A DNA stretch of 64,000 bases from Marsupella aquatica (lineage: Eukaryota; Plantae; Marchantiophyta), in assembly GCA_973895155.1 (NCBI GenBank), contig OZ316895.1, positions 18,836,508 through 18,900,507 of the forward strand, written 5' to 3'. The translations under genes and the position numbers were made by a program. The notes under the pieces are model-generated. The model made no database searches, had not been told where the DNA came from, and saw only the letters and a list, made by a program, of their open reading frames with translations. Below are positions 32,343 through 44,619 of this stretch, piece by piece. Numbering within the stretch: the stretch's first letter is position 1; each line of letters begins with the position of its first letter.

Positions 32343-35300
32343 ATGCACCCTGGTCACCACCCTCCCCAGACCCAGCCCAGGGCACAGGCACTGCCTTTGC
32401 ATCATCCCACAAGGATATCACGCCATGATAATAAGCTTTGGCAGCGTGAAAGGTTACGAACCAGACTTTCAGGAGCCAGTAGGATGAGATGTCCTTGTGC
32501 AATCTGCCAAGGATCCCGTACCAGGGGTCTGAATGAGGTTTGGCGGCATATCGCGGTTCATGGAAGAGATCCACGACATCGAGTTTGGAATGATCCTGCA
32601 GAGGAAGATTCTTCCGACGAGGAGTGGAGGTTAGAATTTGATGCTGCCAATGCTGCAAGACGGGCAAGTGAGGTTCTGCCTGGTGAATTTGAAAATGTTG
32701 TAGCTGGTCTCTGTGGGTTGTCAGCTCTCCAACGGGATGGTGCTCAGGCAGCACCACGTGACGAAGGAATTCATGTGGAAGAGATGGTGAGAGACATCTT
32801 CCAAGACTTGGATACATTTCATGATGGGCTGGACAACGAAGAGGATACGGCTGCAGGTGCAAGTGTGCCCCCTGTCGAAGAGCCTCTTGATGAGTTTGAG
32901 ATAGGGCAGGAAACCCCTGGGCATGATGGGATGTTTGGCTCTCCCCTACAAATACAAGAAGGCAGGAAGTCTTTGTACCCCGGTAGCAAATGTTCTAAAC
33001 TGAGATTTGTCATCATGTTCCTGAACATTTGCGGCAACCACAATGTCCCCAACGTTTTGGTTTCTGAGTTGTTGGCATTCTTGCGAACAACTGTGCTACC
33101 AGATGGTAATATTTTGCCCAAGAACATGTACGAGGCAAAAAGATGCATATCTAATCTTGGATTGAACTATGATTCGATCCATGCCTGTCCTGATGGGCAT
33201 GTTCTTTTCAGAAAGGAGTATAAAGAATCGTTGACATGCCCTAAGTGTGGGAAGCACAGGTATCGGAACTCAGGAAAGTCTATGGTTCCCGCCAAGGTAC
33301 TTCGTCATTTTCCACTCATTCCCAGACTTCAGCGGATGTTCAGAAGCCGTGCCATCTTGGAGATGATGACTTGGGCAACTGACAAGAAAAGTGATGATGG
33401 GCTACAACGACATGCTGCAGATTCAAGGCAATGGAAACTCATAGATGAGATGTATCCCGAATTTGCTGCTGAGCCGAGGAATGTCAGACTTGGGCTGTCA
33501 TTGGATGGGGTAAACCCATTTGGAGACAAGAACAACAAATTTTCGAGCTGGCCTGTAACTATTTTGAATTATAACCTTCCTCCTTGGATGACTACAAAGC
33601 GATTTTTTGTTCTGATGGTCCTACTGATACCAGGGCCAGACAGTGCTGTATCTGCCAACATAGATGTGTTTCTGGCTCCCCTAGTGGAGGAATTGAGAAA
33701 GCTTTGGGAGGAAGGAGTTCTCACATATGATGTCCTACAGAGGCTTGGGAGGTTAAACCCATTCATCCTTAGAGCCATTGTCATTCTGACTATAGTTGAC
33801 TACCCAGCCCATGGGATGATATCAGGCCAAACAACAAAAGGATATTGTGCTTGTACTATCTATGGGCGCAATGTCACCAGTGAGTACTCCAGAGCCCTGC
33901 AGAAAGTGATATACATGGGCCATCGTCGTTTTCTAAAGGCAGATCACCCTTACAGAGAAAGATAGGCACTGATTGCACACTTTGGCAATGAGATTGAGCA
34001 ACGTGGACCCCCGGCACGAGTGACCAAAGAGGAGATCAGGCAGTGGGGAGCACTGAGGGATGACTATATCAAACGAGGGGGCAGGGAAGATGGAGTGAGT
34101 GATCCAATAAAGCGATATGGTGTAAAAAGACTGAGCATATTGGACTTGGAGCTCAAGTACTGGAGGGTAAGCCTCTTGGAGTTGATGCTAATTGGGATAC
34201 ATGTTTTGGTTCAGAGCATGTGCATTCATTTCGAAGAGAGAGACTAAACTTGAGGCATTTCCTGACGCTTTTGCATTGCAACGATGCAGGAGTTTGAGCC
34301 AAGCAAACATAACATTGATGTTATGCACATTGAAAAGAATATTTGTGAGAGTCTACTCAGATTCTTGTGTGGAGAGAAAGACACTGGTTCAGTGAGATTG
34401 GATCTTGAACAGAGGGGAATGAAACCCCATCTTTGGTTGAGGCCACATGCCCACAGAGCTGATGTGCTCTTGAAGTACCAAGCGCCCTATGTTCTGACAG
34501 ACACAGAGTGGGAACTATTTGTGCAGAGGTTGAGTTCTTTGAAGGTTCCTTCAAACTATGGCAGTGCTTTCAAGAAGCATATCATGACTAGAAAGCTTGG
34601 TAGTATGAAAAGCCATGACTACCATATGTTGATGCAACAGGTGTTGCCTTTATGCCTGAGGGGCCTGTTGCAGAAGCATGTTTGTACTGTGATCATGCGA
34701 CTCAGTGATGTGTTTCGTTGTATTTGTGTGAAGGTTTGGGATGAAACACACTTCCCACAACTGACAGAAGATGTCGCTCAGGTGCTGTGTGACCTGGAGA
34801 TTTATTTTCCTCCCGCATTTTTTGATGTCATGACCCACCTACTTGTCCATGTTGTGGAAGAGCTACACCAATTTGGGCCTGTGAGTGCTCGTTGGTTGTA
34901 CCCTTTGGAACGGTACATGAAGCTACTCAAAGGTCACGTGAGAACATATTACAAACCTGAAGCAAGCATGGCTAAAGGTTACATCAAGGATGAGACTCTG
35001 GGATTTCTGACCGAATACATAGCACAATATGAGCATGTGAAGACCAGGGTGTGGAATTCTAATGAGGAGGAAGGGGTGATAGGTGAAGTACTGGAAGGGG
35101 CTGCAACCACAAAGAACCTGACCATATCTATGAGAGACTTGGCACATGACTTTGTATTGCACAACACTGTGGTGATGGAACCCTGGATACAGTGAGTGCA
35201 TACATGTGCTATAATCCAGTTCATGAGCTTAAATGTTGTGTTCGTGTGGTTTTCTCCTTCAGCCTGTTCATGTTTACCCAAGCTAATGCTGTGTGGTTGT

Positions 35301-36062
35301 TCGTTCAGGGAGTATGAGTCATTGAAGGCGGCCCATCCCATTGCAAGAACAACTTTTCCAGGTTTCATGGAGTGGATCAGAGTGGCAATTAGAGAGCATC
35401 ACGAGACCCACCCAGACATGGATGCAGATGTTTACCTACTGTCTAATGCCCCTAGCCTGAAAGTGAAGACTTACAAACGGATGAGAGCATATGGGAATCA
35501 CTTCCGAGTGAAGGATGGTGACAGTGCCTACAGGGTGACGAATGACTGCGGGCTCATCACTGTATTTGAGCAACAGAGCCACAATCACGACAGGGCCTGG
35601 ATGGAGATGGGATATGTGGGAGAATTAGTTGACATATGGGCTCTGGACTATGGGGCGATGTCCAGTCCTGTGATTCTTATGAAAGGTTCATGGGTGCGGC
35701 AGGATTGGCTTGGTAACAGGGCTACCATGAAGAGAGACAACGACGGTTTCTTGCTGGCCAATTTCAAAGGGAAATTGCCCGAATGGTCTGAGCCATTTGT
35801 GTTTCCTAGTCAGGTGGAGCAAGCTTTCTTCCTGGATGTGGAAGACTCCCCAGGTTGGCGTGTAGTGTGTCATAAACAGGCCAGGCAACGTCGGATGGAA
35901 GGATCAAACCTTGAGTTTCATTTACACTCTCATAGTGCCTTTGATCGTCGGCGTTCAGACCAAGTGCCTGTAGTTCATGATAGCGGGGACTTCATTCCTG
36001 TGACAAGGGTAGATGCATTTGCTGAAGGAGATGCAGATGCCAACAGTGTGCCTGTGCCATGA
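32343..36062 (+). pseudogene. CACTA (En/Spm) TnpD/Tnp2 transposase (Transposase_21, DUF4218, DUF4216), three exons, one premature stop
   Basis: Motifs IHACPDG, KVLRHFPLIPRLQR, EPRNVRLGLSLDGVNPF, YNLPPW, HNIDVMHIEKN, MKSHDYH, FPPAFFDVMTHL, WLYPLER, EPFVFPSQVEQAFF. TAG at 33963-33965. Introns 34167-34289 and 35192-35308. Confidence 0.95.
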
Positions 36063-36217
36063 GTAATGTGAATTGTTTGCATGGACATTAGTGAGGGGAA
36101 GGATGTGTAATAAAGTAATTCTGAAGCAACACAGATGTATGGATGGATGCCTGGTGATTGTGGTTGCATTATGTTATATGGGGTGACCATAGATGACATG
36201 TTTTTGTGGTCCAGTAG

Positions 36218-39200
36218 GATGGAACAGAGTGACACAGAGATGTGTGAGTATGAAAGGAAAGCTATGGAACAACGAGCATACGTGAAAGCCAAAATCGCAG
36301 AACTGGATCTGGAAAAGGATGTGGCTGAATTGTAAGGGAACGATTCTCAACTACACCCCTCCGCTGAGTTTGTGTGACATGAATAGTTCAATGTGGCACT
36401 GAAATTGTGACTGTATTCTCATATTGGAATGTCGCAGAGCCACAACATTTTCAAAGAAACAAAAGGAGTACGCAAGAAGGGTGACCAGCACTATCTCTGG
36501 GCCTGTGCGTCGGAGTGACAGGTTGAGCAAGAAGGTCGTACCTACAATGGCAGAATGTGGAGATGACATTGATGCTGCACAGGTGGGTGCAGACACTAGA
36601 CAAGAAGATGCAGATGATGAGTATTTTCCAGAGGAAATGGATGAGGATGGGGGTTATGAAGATGAATACATTGCAGAGCAACCCCAAAAGAAACATGTAA
36701 GTAGTTTTCCCAACAAGGTTTTGAGTTAAAAACTCTTGTTTAGAGGTTTCATATGTTCAGTACTACACATATGTACCTTGCTTAGTTCCTGACATTATAG
36801 TTGGTGATGTGATGCAGCGTCCTGCCAGTTCTGTTTTGCCTTCGAAGCCTGTGCATGCACCATACCAGCAGGGGGGGCTGACCTCTGATCAAGGTTGGCA
36901 AGGTGGTAGTAGTGGTAGATCCCAGGCTGGTGCCCAATACTATGGCAGGGGGCAAGCTCTAGGTTATGCCCGTGGTAGAGGCAGAGCAGGTCCAAACCCA
37001 CAATCTCGTGGGTATGGACGTCCACCTCAACCATGGGGATGTGAGTATATATCTATATGCCAGTTCTTTGTGAAGGCATGGCACTCCTGAATTTCAGACT
37101 GCATATCAATTTTTGACATTGTTTGGGATGTATTGGATTCAGACAACATGAAATTCTGTCCACCTGCCATTGCATGCAGATTCTGCCCAACCTGATTGGG
37201 CAAATGCTAGTAATGATCAGTTCCAATGTCCACAAGGACAGACATGGGTTGAACCAGGTTGGGAGGATGGTGGTGGGTCATGGAATGAACAAGGTTGGGA
37301 AGGTGGTGAAGGTAATTGGCAGGGATATCAAAATTCAGTACCTACAAACGCTGGAAGAGGAGCAGGTAATGTCTGATCTTGTCAGCAATGGAAGAACTCA
37401 TTATATGTGGAGTCCATTCACGTGGGGGGGACTCTGCACATGTATAATGATAGAAAATGTATGTGTGCAGGTTGGACAGTCGAACCATCGACTCAAGTAT
37501 TCACTAATGCCCCTATGCAGATGCAGCACGGAAGGGGGACAGGTATGTCGGTGAATGTTCAGTTGTTTTCCTACAGTTTGTACTTAGTTTTCAGTACATA
37601 TGTTTGCACACACATACCTAGAAAGTGACATCATCCGGCCCCTGTACTAGGCTGGACAGGTGGTCCAGGGTCGCAACAATTTCAGAGTGCAATCCCTGCA
37701 CAGGCATCTACAGGCAGAGCTACAGGTATGTATGTTTGAAGAATTTTTCTTGAAGTGAAGCATTGAATGTTGCCGTCATCCATTCTGCTATATGTAGTTC
37801 TCAAGCATGAATGGCATTGTATTTTCCCAGGTGGCTTCAGAACCCCAGGTAGGGTGAATGAAGGGGTGGCCAATACAACGCCCAGTACTACCGAGAGCAG
37901 TGCACGAGGGGAGGTGACAAAGAAAGGGAACGTAAAGTTGAATGAGAGACAATGGGTGGATGCTGAGTGTCCTCGCAAGAACCGATGGCATGCTGATTTG
38001 AAAGCTGAAGTATTGCGTTGGTTAGATGTGAGTGTTATTAATTTTAAAAAACAGCATCCAAAAGATTGGAAGACTGTATGTGAAAATGTTGCTGCCAAAT
38101 GGAATTATGTGGGCAGTGATGATGGCGTGGACATAGGTTGCCTAGAGAGTACAGCAGGTAAAATTATCAAGCACGAGAGGTGGAGAATGCATAAGGCTTG
38201 GAAGGAAGGTGGGGAGAAGCCAGATATGCCTCCACCAGCCAGTTGTGATGATAAAGTGTGGGCAAGGTTAGTAGCTTATTTTGTAATAGATGCTTCAAAA
38301 AAGAAGAGTTCACAGATGACCGAGGCCAGGTTGAGTGTTCAGAACCCTAATCTGACAGGAAGGACCGGCACTGCACCGACAGCTAAACATTTGGTAAGAA
38401 TGAATGGCCTAGCTATATAATTTATGCTACACTATGTACTATTTTTTAGTGTAAACCCATACATGTAAACTTTGTTTTTTAGTGTACGTTCCCTGAATAT
38501 TGATCGATAACTTGTGTTTGCCATGCATGTGCAGAAAGCCCAATTGGGGCAAAGCCCTTCAAAAGAAGAGTTGAGGGCTGAAATTGTGAACACCCGGGCT
38601 CAAGAGGGTGCATCTGAATCCTCCAAGCATGTAAGTTATATGAGTTCTGATTGGTAATTGAATGACCTGCGTTGAATTTCAGGTGTACACTGTATATAAC
38701 ATTGATTGTGCATATATTGCCCAACATTTCATATGGAGTGATTGAACCTATACCCCTGTGTCATGTAGGGAGGTGGATCTTCACTTACCTCTTAAGTGGT
38801 CGTTTGAAGGCTGTCGAAACATGTCTTCCAGAGATCAATGAACGTTTGAATTCATTGACTGACTTGTTCCATGTGAACTTCAAGACATTAATGGAAGCTG
38901 TTGTGTCGGTGAGAGATAAAATTGATTCCAATTCTGCAGGAGTTCCACCATCACCACTTGAGGTGGCAAAGTCGATGCACTCTTCTGGCATGCCAACGAC
39001 ATGTAGGCTTGAAGGTAAGGCCTTTACAACTGTGTGGGATATGATTATTAAATGTATAGTTTGAATTGACATTGTTTGTTGAATGTGTTATTTTCAGTAA
39101 CATATATTGTGGTTGTTGTGTCCATAGAGAATAAGACAGGTGCTACAGAGAAGAAGTATGAGAACCTGGCAAATACTCGCTGTAATTTAGAGGCAACAAA

Positions 39201-39924
39201 GTTGCAGTCTGTACAAGCAACTTGTTTGACAGAGGGCAGTCAACCATGTTTGGATGAGGATGACATTGGCAAGGGAGTGGATGATATCAATGTTGGGGCA
39301 AATGAGGATATCAGCAAGCATGACAATAATACCATTGAGCCAGATTCATGCTATGTAGATCTTGACTCCATTGCAGAGATAAATGATTTGCAGAATGTAT
39401 CATTCTCAATGACAGGTGTGCCTCTTGTTGAGATAAATCCAACCAAAGAGTTAGTTGGTATGACACTCCCAGGTGATGAAACTGCTACTGTGACAGTCCT
39501 AACAGAGGAACCTACTGAGCCTAGCTTCACTACTGTGAAGAGAGGAAGCATGCGCACACGAAGCAAGTCTGCTGGTGGGAGCAGAGCCACGTCAAAGGTT
39601 TCATACAAACCTCCAAGAACAGTGCTGGCAGAAAGATCTAAGGTGGAAGTGGGGAAAGCACCTAATGCTGAGGGACAAAGTGGCTTGTTAGCTGTTGATG
39701 AGAGTGGAACACGAGTAGGATTTGCCAGAGTGCAGGTTGATTCCACAACGTTCCATGGCAAGAGGATTCCCCCAGGTTATTCAGTAGTGTTAGTCACATT
39801 ACTAGTGAAACCTAAAGCTGTCCTTCCCATTCCAAACACAAATGATGATCCTCCTCAAAAGACACTTGGAGATGCTGCAGGTTCTTTGGTATTATGGCCA
39901 AGCAAGTTCATAGAGGATCCATAA
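36218..39924 (+). CDS. CACTA second gene (TnpA/Tnp1-like), multi-exon, probably decayed
   Basis: Series of short GT-AG exons. The 37830-38393 exon resembles the TnpA/Ptta core (W..LV.YF...SKKKS). The last exon ends in VGFARV..FHGKRIPPGY..LP.PN..LGDA.G..VLWP (Tnp1-like). Exon boundaries are only approximate. Confidence 0.7.
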
Positions 39925-40419
39925 CAATGTCATGCCATTATTTGTTTGTAGTGTGAGTCATGTTATGTAGATTTTAGATGTCAAGAAGCAGTACAAGAAT
40001 CATGTCCTCTTGGAGATTCATAGTATCATGCATGTGCTTTCAGTTATCTCATCCTACAGTCATCAATTATGAGTTCCTGTTTTGTCTAAATTACATTGAT
40101 CACATTGTAAACTATTCCATTGGAATTCAAATGATCTTCATTTTTTAGCAAGATTGTGATTGTGTTTAATTCTTATGAATGTTTTATGTAGGATCTGCTT
40201 ATATGATGCTTTGTTTCATGTGGATGTCATTCATGCTATGTTCATTTCTTGTATTCAATGTGTTATATTTCTAAAGTTAGAACATCAGGTTTCTATGTAT
40301 TGTAATGTCGAGTGCTCTCTCTCCTTATGAACTGTCCCTCTGTGTTCATTAGTCATGGTTATAACTTGCATGTGAACCTTATTAGTTATAAACATGAGTA
40401 TATAGAGTCCCAAATGGTT

Positions 40420-40779
40420 CTGTTGTGTGACGCGGGCCAGGGTCTCCATTGGTCTCTCCTGTGACACTAAATAGTCACACGCTAGTCGTTGTTGAATGCG
40501 GGTAAGTCATGTATGTGACTTACGATGTGACTCGCTGAAGTCATATTGCAGTCACGTCGAAACAAGGCTAGACTCCACAATAAAGTCACAGATCAGTCAC
40601 AAATGGGTATCAAGCAAGTTGCAAAGCCCAGTATCAATAGTGACTTCCATTTTTTGGTCTCAACTTTTGCAACTCCAAGGGTCACAGCATGGGTCAAGTC
40701 ACGTTGAGTCACAATGAAGTCACATGAGCCAAAATGAGTCATATATTGCGGTCTCAGTTCACCTCGGATTCTTCTAGTG
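40420..40779 (+). mobile_element. CACTA right end: subterminal GTCAC/GTGAC repeats and terminal ...ATTCTTCTAGTG
   Basis: More than a dozen agtca(c/t)/gtgac motifs in both orientations ending at TAGTG 40775-40779 (reverse complement CACTAGAAGAAT). Matching left TIR not found. Confidence 0.75.
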
Positions 40780-43247
40780 ACAATGAGCAATATTTTTCTC
40801 CAAGACCTTCCCAATGCACTCCAAGGTCCAACATCATCTTCCTAGCTAGCACCATCCTCCTGCAATGTTATTATGGTGCTATCAAGGTCCAAAGCATTCA
40901 AACTAAACATTGGATTTGGGCAACAGGTCGGCTGGCCCTTAACTCCCTGGCCTAAACCCTAAATTCCTATCTGAGTCCCAATGGCCTCCTCAAGTTGTGC
41001 CCTCCCTAGCCGTGAGTTTTGTAGTCCTCCAATGATAGCAACTTACAGCAATTGAGGCCCCGTGAGTTGGTTAGCCCCTATACATAAAGGTCCAAACCCT
41101 ACATTCATGCATACCTTTAGCTATTGTCTTGGGGAAAACTGAAACTTCTATTTTGGGGGAATACATTTGTACCAATTGCATAATGACAAGTGTACCAATT
41201 AGAACATATGCGTCCTATGCATGTACATCACACAAAAAACTCTAACTTTCTTTTGACAACTCCATGTAATATGACCCATTTAATGAGAGTATATTGTTCT
41301 TTAAAGCGGACCCAAAATTTTAACGGACCCTATTGTTCTTCCACAAAACTTTGGAAGTTTTCATTTAGTACCATTTAAATGACCTTATACTTTGTCGCAC
41401 GTGATGTGGGACATCTGCAGAAGTGACTCCCACAAAAATTGGCTTTTCATGCACAAATGGAACCCAGGCCCGTTAGTGATTCTCAATGTGTTGTGCAATG
41501 TCACCTGGAATGTGAGAAATGCTTAGGTCTATTCTCAAATTTTGGGCCATCTCCTGAGTTGAGTCATTCTGAAAAATGCCAGCACCCACATAAGTGCCAT
41601 GAGGGCTACTAGCCAATCTCTTTACAAATCAAGACAACTGCAACAAATTTTTGACAAACTAGATTTTGTGCTTAGGCCATGGGCTAATTTGGAATCCCAA
41701 GCGCAATGACTCAATGAGTTTAATGACCCCCAACAAGCAGCAATTCCCTGGTGAAAGCATGGACTCTTTGCACAAGCAATGCCTTAAGATTGATATAGAC
41801 TCAACCCTGATCAATGCTCATTTTGCAAGGATTGAAAATGAAGACAATAGCAGTCGCTCCCGACCTCTACAACAAGATTAGGTAGAATTGAGACAACACT
41901 AGTTATCACAGCTGTAGGCCCAGCACTTGCACCCTTAGTGTCCACACTCTGCAACATACCACGGAGGTATTTACAAACGATAGGAAATAGCAAACAATAA
42001 AAGGAAACAGAAATTGGTAACAGGAAAATGGGTGGTATTTTTTTGAATTTGAGAAAAAAAGTTTTCATTTTTTGGGTCGACAACCTTTTTTTTGCTAGCA
42101 CTCGACGCTGGTAATAGTAGCGCTCAAAACTAGCCAAAAAATGTTGTATGGTTAATTTTTTTGGAAAATGAGAATTTTTAGGAGATATTTTTAGATTGTC
42201 ATTTTTCCCGGTAACAATAACTTTGTGCTGGTAACATGAAAATTTTTGTTGGTAACAAGAAACCTGTTTCCTCTTTCCTATCATGTGTGTCATACCCATA
42301 CCAGGGACACTGGGATACTATCTCTGCCCTAGTTGAGAACCTTAGGAGATCCAAGAATGACATTATTTGCCATTTGACTCCATTATGTCTATTGGCCCGA
42401 CTAGGAGCATTTGTGGGCTTGCCTGCCTTGAAGGCTTTCTGTTAGTTTTTGTGTGCCAGGTGGTTCTGCCCCTGTTTTAAATCCTTCTCCTTAATTTTTT
42501 TCTTCAAAAATCCCATCTTACATATATGGTGAGACCCCAAGCCCAATGCATGCGTAAGAGTTATAAAAATTATAGATCATGCATGAACCACGAGGACAAA
42601 GAACGCAGTGACAGGGAGAATTGTGCAAAATGACTTTGTTTGTTGTCAGAAAGGCATCTGCTTGCTACAAATGCTTTCACTTGTGTGGGGACACAAGGGT
42701 CATCTTGGCTTTGGGAATTGAGATTTATACTTACATATATTGATTATTTAGATATATGGTTCAATACTAAACTCATTTTGCAAGTGGATAGTTTGCTATG
42801 GCAAAGCGCATTTTTCATTTGGACTTTGGCAGTTGTGATGCTTCTATGTTGTGGGAGGTAACACTCAATTGATCAGTGTTGATGAACTTGCAGACCTTCC
42901 TTGACATTCAAATGCAGGTGGGCTTTGTAATTCTTCTTATAATTCAGTTTAGAGACACTTTCCAAAGTTTGCCAGTCCCTTTGCATTTGACAAGGTCATT
43001 TGCTTGTGACCATTCTTTTTAAGGGAGGATAGTTGAAGGATCCCGAGCAAAACTATGACTCAGACAAATTAATACATTGTGCAACCTCTCTATACAGGTT
43101 GGCTGCAAATGGATCTGAAGGGATGATTGTGGGCATCTGGAAGAGACGTAAAAGCACCCAAACATTTAGATGAAACTTCATAGCACGTAGAGAAGGTGAT
43201 TGGTGCCGCAAAAAAGTAAATAGACTATTGAAAAATGGACTCATAGT

Positions 43248-43378
43248 TGTTAAACATTACAATGATCCGAATGCTTTATTCATCTTCCTTCATATACATA
43301 GTAGGTTGCTAAGGTGGTTGGTTATGTTACCGCCTTAGTCCTAACCCTTGGGTAGACCTAACCTAAGGGGTTATAACA
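43248..43378 (-). repeat. Copia 3' LTR
   Basis: Direct repeat of 52213-52343, adjacent to the PPT. Confidence 0.96.
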
Positions 43379-44089
43379 CTCCCCCTTGGATGCATTGTTT
43401 GTGGTTGTAAACATGCAGACATTTAAGGTCTACCTTTGATAACTGTAGGAAATTTGAATGTTTTCTAGATGGTAGTTTAAGTGATCATCTAGTAGGGTCA
43501 AAAAGGGTTGGGTGTAACCTCATTAAAGCCCCCTCCTTTCTTGTGGGGGAAAAAGAGTATTACCACCCTGCCTTTTATATGCCCTTAATTGACTTAAAGT
43601 AATTGGTTCTAATCATGTCGGTATTAAGTGTATGAGTTGTAAGCGTTCAGGAGTGTCGGGGGGGTAATTGGTAAGGTGAAACGGGGGGAAATTAGGTTTC
43701 CCGTTTCCTTTGTTAGGAGTCGTGGGGGATCAGTGATTTCGGTGGTGATGAAGTGTGTTGAAGGGCCCGCTCTTGCATTCTATAGAGTCTGGTGGTCCAT
43801 GTTCGATTGAAGTCTTGGGCGATCTGTTGGCGGTCGACTTGTAGTTGTCGATCATGTCGCTTGGGCTTGTGGAAGGTGATTTCTTTTGGTTGGTCATTTG
43901 TAATCATCGCCCTGGTCGATGCTGTGCCCGATTGATAGCGTTGTGCCAGGTAACTTTGCACTCCCCCTGAAGTCAGGATGTTTTGTGTTATCTGCACGTC
44001 TTAATTAGTTGGAGGAGTTTCTCCTCATTCGCTGTTATGTATGAGTTCAAAAAGGCTACGCATCGTGATCGATTCGATTAGTGTTGTAT

Positions 44090-44619
44090 GTGTAACCGGA
44101 GGTAGTGACTTGGTGAATAGGTCCGCGCTGTTCTCGGGGCCAGGAATCCATTTCACATCGATTGTATTGCCCAGCTATTCGTGTGCAAAAAAGAACTTAG
44201 GGGCTATATGCTTTGTCCTATCTCCTTTAATGAATCCGGATGATATTTGCTCTACGCATGGTTGATTGTCTTCGTAAATGATGGTGGGCGAGTTGAGTTT
44301 AGGCATACCTATGGTTTCTTGGATGTAATCAATGACGTTTTGTAACCAGATGCATTCCCTGCTCGCCTCATAAAGGGCAATAATCTCTGAGTGGTTCAAA
44401 GATGTTGTTGTCAGAGTTTGTTTTGTGCTGCGCCAGGAGATTGTTGTAGGTCCAATTCTGAAAATATATCCGGTCTGTGATTTTGCATCTGTTGGGTCAA
44501 ACAAATAGCCCGCATCTGCATATCCTATAAGTGTTAGGTCCATGGTAGCGGGATAAAATAATCTAAGGTCAATTGTTCCACTCAGGTAGCGTAGTATTCG
44601 CTTGAGCCCGTTCTAGTGC
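44090..44619 (-). pseudogene. Copia end of RT and RNase H
   Basis: KRILRYL..GYADAGYL..AKSQTGY..ISWRSTKQT..SEIIALYEASRECIW..IYEDN..RTKHIAPKFF..ADLFTKSL; in-frame stop present. Confidence 0.9.

Noticed and set aside
41990-42300. Clustered ggtaaca motifs suggesting a DNA-transposon end
   Set aside because: No TIR pair or TSD could be identified.
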